DNA from: Eutreptiella sp. 'Long Island Sound 2002'
Taxonomy: Eukaryota > Protista > Euglenida
Direction of reading: 5' to 3'
DNA: 64,000 bases
NCBI GenBank assembly: GCA_964036045.1
Contig: OZ038378.1
Coordinates: 194,308,001 to 194,372,000, forward strand
A program made the translations under genes and the position numbers. How positions within the stretch are numbered: the first letter of the stretch is position 1; each line of letters begins with the position of its first letter. This document shows positions 59,128 through 64,000 of this stretch, piece after piece. The notes beneath the pieces were generated by a model. It saw only the letters and a list, made by a program, of their open reading frames with translations, had not been told where the DNA came from and did not search any database.

Positions 59128-59604
59128 TTTTACAAAGTTGCCCCTGCAATTCTTATAACATCCTTTACGGTCAGCAGTGTCTCCACACGAGGCTGGCAGC
59201 TGCAAGGGACACACAATATTTGCACAAGTACTGACGCTTTGGACGACCTTGCTTACACAAGCGATCCCACAATGTGTGTGTATTTGTTGGCTGACGTCAA
59301 AGCCTTTACCAGCACCCCTCATGCCGCTTTCCTACAGGCACCATCCTGTATTGCAACACCCCCCAGCCACCCCCCTTGCCAGCCCCTACTGATGCACTTT
59401 CAGCATGTTTATCAGATATCCTACAACAAATGCAGCGGCTTCACATACCCAGTGAACCGTGGTCTCAGGGCTGGGTACTTCCTATGCCACGCCCCATTCA
59501 CAAGGGCATTGATTTTTCAAATGTCCCAGTTGTTTGTCCACGTTGACGACAATACTATTGTGGCTGCATCCCAGGCCCAGTTGCAAGCTGCCCTCTATAC
59601 CGAG
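59128..59604 (+). pseudogene. RT relic, copy 5b
   Basis: Homologous to 5701-6193. Confidence 0.8.
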
Positions 59605-61215
59605 TGCATGTTTTGGACCTCCAAATATGAGCGCTGATTCTTCTCACCCTCTACCTCTCCTCTGCTGCTGAATCATCTGAAAGGGACATTGCAATCCAAT
59701 TGAAAAGTAATTCCTTCCCCTGCATCTGTGGGATCAGTATACTGCTCAGCTTTGTGTGGTGTGAAATGCACTTCAGCTTTCCCCACTGGGAAAGTGGACA
59801 CCTGTGCAGTACTGCAGGCTTTGCATCAAGGAGTTGTCATCCTTTACCTTCCCTTCATCGGCATATGTTGGAGTTTCACGGGATGATTGTGCCGCACTGT
59901 GATGATACACAGTTGAAGCCATGAATCTTCCATCCTGTGCTCCGGTATCCCATGTGCCTGACCCATGTCTCGCAGTTGCTAGACAGTGAAAGGGCCTTTA
60001 CTCCACTACACAACGTCTTCGTTGCATCTGTGCTGTCCTGTGGACGTTCTGCTGTCATTTGCATCTGCATTGGGTCTCTGAAGGGAACGTGGTGAGAGAC
60101 AATGTTTATCTTGTTCATTGGAAACAGTAACGTTGGGTTTTAGGGGAGGGGGGCAAGAGACAACAGGCGGGAGCGGCGGGATGGGGGGCTCCCGAAGCTC
60201 CGCGGCAGGCAAAGGGGGTCCCACACGACCCTCGGACCTGTGATCATTTTTCACAACGGGGATGAACAGGGGGCAGCCGTGCTCCCCGGTTGCATGGCCC
60301 ATGGGGGATGGGGTAGGGGGATGACCCCCCCTCCTGCCCCCCTCGGGTCGGGCAGAAGTGCAGAGAAGGGCAAGTGGCCCGCCCCTCGTCAGGGAGGGGA
60401 GGGCAGCTTACGAGCCCAGGGTCAGGGCCCTGAAGGGCAGCAGGAGCAGATACCTGACCCCCTGATTGCAGGTCCTTCCCTTGCGCCGAGTACACCCCGG
60501 GTGAAGCGCCAGGAGGTCAGGCAGCGGGCCTAGCTCGCCCCCCATCTCTAAGCCAATCCGCGTATGCACAGCGTGCAGGACCTACAATGTCTGGCCTGTT
60601 TCCACATCTTTTGGAATTATGGCATTCAGTGGTCCTTTTGTCCGGTTGTCTATGAAGGGTTTTCTGTGATTTGGGGCTGAGGATGATCCTTTGGGGTTGC
60701 CAAGACAACATCTGGTCACCCTCTCGTTCACCTCCGTCCCTAGTCTGGCCTAGTCTGGTGCAACCAAGCAACTCCTTGTCGGAGCAGCGGGAGGTGCTAT
60801 TTTTGGCAATTCCAGAAGGTCCAGTGAGCTGCGCTTGGCAGGGATCTTTCAGGCAAGCTGACGGGTTGATGGGTGTACTGGTAACAGGGAAAATGCTCCA
60901 ACAACAAAGGCCCTTGGCGGGTAGCCGCAACAGCTAGGCCACTTCCCATGCCGGTGCTCCTGTGCATGCTCATGGCCATTCCCATGACCACAACCCAGGG
61001 AGCGAAATCTTGGCCTTGTGTGTGTCTGCAGGTTTCCTTGCTCGTTGTCCACCCTCCTTGCACACAGCCCTTTCCTAACATGGGCTTGTCCAAGCACGAC
61101 GACCCCGTGTTTCCACACTTTTGCGTTTTGTTTTTTGGAACCATGGTTGTTGCGGTTCCAATCCAATAGAGAATGTGGTTTGTAGCTTGGTGCAGGCTGC
61201 AAGAAGGGTCAATAT

Positions 61216-61997
61216 GGGGGAATGCCATGCACGCAGTGCGCACGCAGTGCAAAGTTTTGGATGTCGGCCAATACTCGAACCCTAGTTTTGGCCCCTTTTG
61301 ACAAGTTTTTGGTTCCATACAAGGGTTTTTTGGCCTCCCAAGCATTTAGGACGTGGCATATTTGAATTGTCAACCATTTCCTAGATTCTTGTCCATTTTG
61401 GAATGTAAATTGTGTAAATGCCCCTTCCCTGTGGCAGAGTCTGCTGGGGCTGTGTAGCCAATTCGCCGAGACCGCCACCTGAAGATCCTAGCATACTTGA
61501 GGGCAAGACAAGGGCGACATTTCCAAAAATCATTGGGCCCCAACCGTCCGGTGCTATTGAGGAAACCGGGACAATCTTTGAATCCACGCTTTGTTGCGTG
61601 GTGCGTGGCCTCATGTGCCAGAGTCTGTATGGGCACAGGAGGAGGCAACCGTTGTAGAGGAAGAAAATGATGACGGTGTTTGTTGCCAATTGTGTGGCCA
61701 CCGTCCCGGTGATATATCCGAGTGTGGCACTTGCCACTTGAACATGTGTGCATCTTGCATGCCTTTGCATAGTTGTACTTTATAAGGCTGATTTCCTTGT
61801 TCTAAGGACACCGGATTACCAAGCTGCAGGCAGTTTTGTTGTTCTGATTTGGGCTTTGCTGCTTCGCCGTGCTACTGGACAGATGAGTGGTATTCTTGGG
61901 TGAGTATCCTAGCCTCTGCGTGCGCACTATGCACGCAGTGCGCACGTAGTGCGCACGCAGTGCGCACGCAGTGCGCACACAGTGCAAACACTTAGCC
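61216..61997 (+). mobile_element. 782-bp G5-type element with 11-bp GTGCGCACGCA repeats at both ends and a Cys-rich coding remnant
   Basis: The empty site GTCAATATGGGTGGC becomes GTCAATAT|GGGGGAATGCC...CTTAGCC|AATGGGTGGC. About five 11-bp units lie at 61925-61985 and about two at 61228-61250. Confidence 0.8.
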
Positions 61998-63195
61998 AAT
62001 GGGTGGCAAAGTGGTGGTGTAGCTGTAATTCCATGTCCTCTTGTGTTCTGGGGTGTATGCTGGCCTGTTGCTTTGTATTGTCATGTTTTGAGGCTCAGGT
62101 TGGCTTATGTTTGCAACATGTGTTCTGTGTTACATGCCTCGTGGTAACACGGGCTGGTCCAAACACGGCGACCCCATGTTTCCGCATTTTTGCCCATTGA
62201 ACTAGGACCCGACCTGTGTTAGGACAGTGGGTGGGGGTTACACTTGTGCATGGCCAGAATTGACTGGGTTATCATGAGGGCCCCCATTTGCCTTGACCAC
62301 AAATACCACCCAGCTCCCCCCTTGGGCCGAAATCCCAACCCCCACCCCCCAATCCCTTGAAGGTTTACCAACCTGTGTCACAATTGCAATTGCCCTGCAT
62401 GCATGCCATGCATGCCTGCCTGTGTTTTGCAAAACGCTCAGACTTTACAATGTATCCTCCCATTCCGCCCCCCTCCCAAAAAATATTAAAGCTAACAGAA
62501 TTGCCCCCCCTCCCCACGCCCCAGCAATCATTCTGCCAGCTTGCCGGGGTTTGTTGTGGCCCTCAGTCCCCATGTACTGTTGAATTTAGGTTAGAGGTCT
62601 TGGCGGACACCAGCGCCAGACTGTACATACGCAGATGTTTGACATTGATCTGAATCATCAGTGGAACTGCCGAACATTGCTGTATATGCATACCAGGACG
62701 TGCATGTGTGGAGCGCTTTGTTGACCTGCATGCGGCCCCTGCCCCAGCCGGAATGGACAATCATGCGCCCCCACCCCAGCCCCCCAAACAATATTCCCCT
62801 CCCCCCGGCCCGGAGCGGACAACCATGGCCCGGCCATTTTCGACCAAATCTTGGACCAAATCTTTTCTGCTCCAAGAGCACACTGGGAAGCCCACGGGCA
62901 TGGTGGTTCCTGCTGCATGCCCTGGAGTCAGAGCCAGATCAGACTAGCGCAAGTGATGTTCCACCCCCCTCCCCCCTCATCATCGTTTTCAAAGCACCTC
63001 TTCACCTTGACAACCCTAGAATGGTGCATTTCTGCAAACGGCAAATTGTCATTTACTGCGTTAAATGATTGGTTTCCAGTGCGCACCTTCTCTGGTCTGT
63101 AATCCATTCAATGAGCCAGAAACTGTTTCTTATGTCATTCCTGGGTTGCATAGTTTCTCTTCATTTCCATTGACATGCAAGTGTGCAGGCTCTTT

Positions 63196-63524
63196 GGGGG
63201 AGTATCAGACGGGGTGCGCGCGCGGTGCATGCGCGGTGCGGGTACTGGGGTTGTTCCGTAGATCCAGAGCCAATCAGGGGGAATGGTAACGCCTCAGTCT
63301 CAGGGCCATAATCCTGGTGACTGGGAAGCATTTTGCCGAAAACTAGGCCCGCCGAATTGTTCTGCCGAATTGTTGGGATTTCTTCGCCGAATTAGGGGGG
63401 TGGTTGCTCAGAGCCCACCAGGTACCATTTACAACTCCTCTCCCAATAGACCATCTCTTAGGGAAGTTGTTCAAATACCTGACGCGGTGCGGACGCGGTG
63501 CACGCGCGGTGCGGATACTCCCCC
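63196..63524. mobile_element. 329-bp MITE with perfect 11-bp TIR and TTT TSD
   Basis: CTCTTT|GGGGGAGTATC...GATACTCCCCC|TTTGCAGG versus the empty site CTCTTTGCAGG (11309, 20648, 33926, 47056). CGCGGTGC cores occur at both ends in direct orientation. Confidence 0.92.
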
Positions 63525-64000
63525 TTTGCAGGATTGTAATTCCACAACGTGCGTCAGAGCTTCCTCCACCTGTCAGTCCATTGTCAGGATGGGTCTGTGG
63601 GGAGTGAGTGAGCTCTTATATTATTTTTATTACTCTTATTGTTAGAATTATAAGAATAATAATTACATGACATGGAGGCGTGCAGCCCTTTACACCCTTA
63701 TGCTCTGCACACATGCTAGGCTGCCACTTTTTGCCCATAGGTAGGATACGTCTTGCCCCATTCTGCTCCTTGCTTCAGTGCAGAGAATGTATAATGCTTG
63801 TTTTTGAGGCCAATTCAGGGTCCGATTCTGATTTTCGTTCAGGGACAGACACCAGGTGTGATGGACCCAGCTATGATGAGGTTTCTGAATCAGGTTCTGT
63901 GTCCGATTCAAGTTCCTTGTCAAATGCATCTTCCATTTCTTTGAACAGCAGTGGTCAGGCCAGGTGTTCTGGAGGACAACGGCATGTGGATCTTGTCTAG

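Larger units (their letters stand above)
600..64000 (+). repeat. Head-to-tail segmental tandem array, ~15-kb unit, about 5 copies (one deleted to ~8.4 kb)
   Basis: The same module order recurs: upstream block, eIF4E-like gene, TIR element, RT relic(s), TIR element, further blocks. Gene stops fall at 3249, 18217, 26569, 41851 and 56846 (spacings 14968, 8352, 15282, 14995). Copies differ by SNPs, indels and insertions. Confidence 0.97.

Noticed and set aside
600-64000. Helitron or rolling-circle origin of the array
   Set aside because: No Rep/helicase remnants and no TC...hairpin-CTRR termini were identified. Unequal crossover explains the structure adequately.
600-64000. Array as a pure assembly artefact
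   Set aside because: Copies carry distinct, biologically coherent differences (TSD-flanked insertions, an inversion, shared SNPs). Poly-C/G length differences may still be sequencing noise, and copy number needs read confirmation.

Overview
Eukaryotic, repeat-rich DNA (roughly 50-55% GC, many poly-G/poly-C runs). Its interspersed repeats recall euglenid (Eutreptiella/Euglena-like) genomes, but that is only an impression. The window is almost entirely a head-to-tail segmental array of about five copies of a ~15-kb unit, with the second copy shortened to ~8.4 kb by deletions. Each copy carries one intact, intronless ~410-aa gene (first shared ATGs at 2017, 16985, 25337, 40619, 55614). It encodes a divergent eIF4E-family cap-binding domain followed by a ~240-aa Pro/Ser/Asp-rich tail, and it is the only credible functional gene; most other ORF-track entries are spurious or decayed. 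The rest of the unit is transposon debris: a decayed non-LTR (LINE) reverse transcriptase core present 9 times plus one small fragment, TIR elements, and possible KDZ/CxC-type transposase remnants. Because the copies act as filled and empty alleles of each other, several insertions can be delimited to the base. These are a 5'-truncated poly(A) retro-insertion with a 26-bp TSD, a 951-bp hAT-like element carrying a tRNA-like head, short inserts with 11-14-bp duplications, and a 423-bp inversion polymorphism. The most unusual is a group of GGGGG...CCCCC elements with 3-bp A/T TSDs whose two ends carry directly oriented CGCNGTGC repeats at ~11-bp spacing. Relics of a tyrosine recombinase and an RNase H also occur. 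Best candidates for novelty: (1) the amplified non-canonical eIF4E-like gene, with copy-to-copy variation at a cap-contact residue, and (2) the G5/C5 phased-repeat transposon family. All protein-family calls come from motif recognition by eye; no searches were run.
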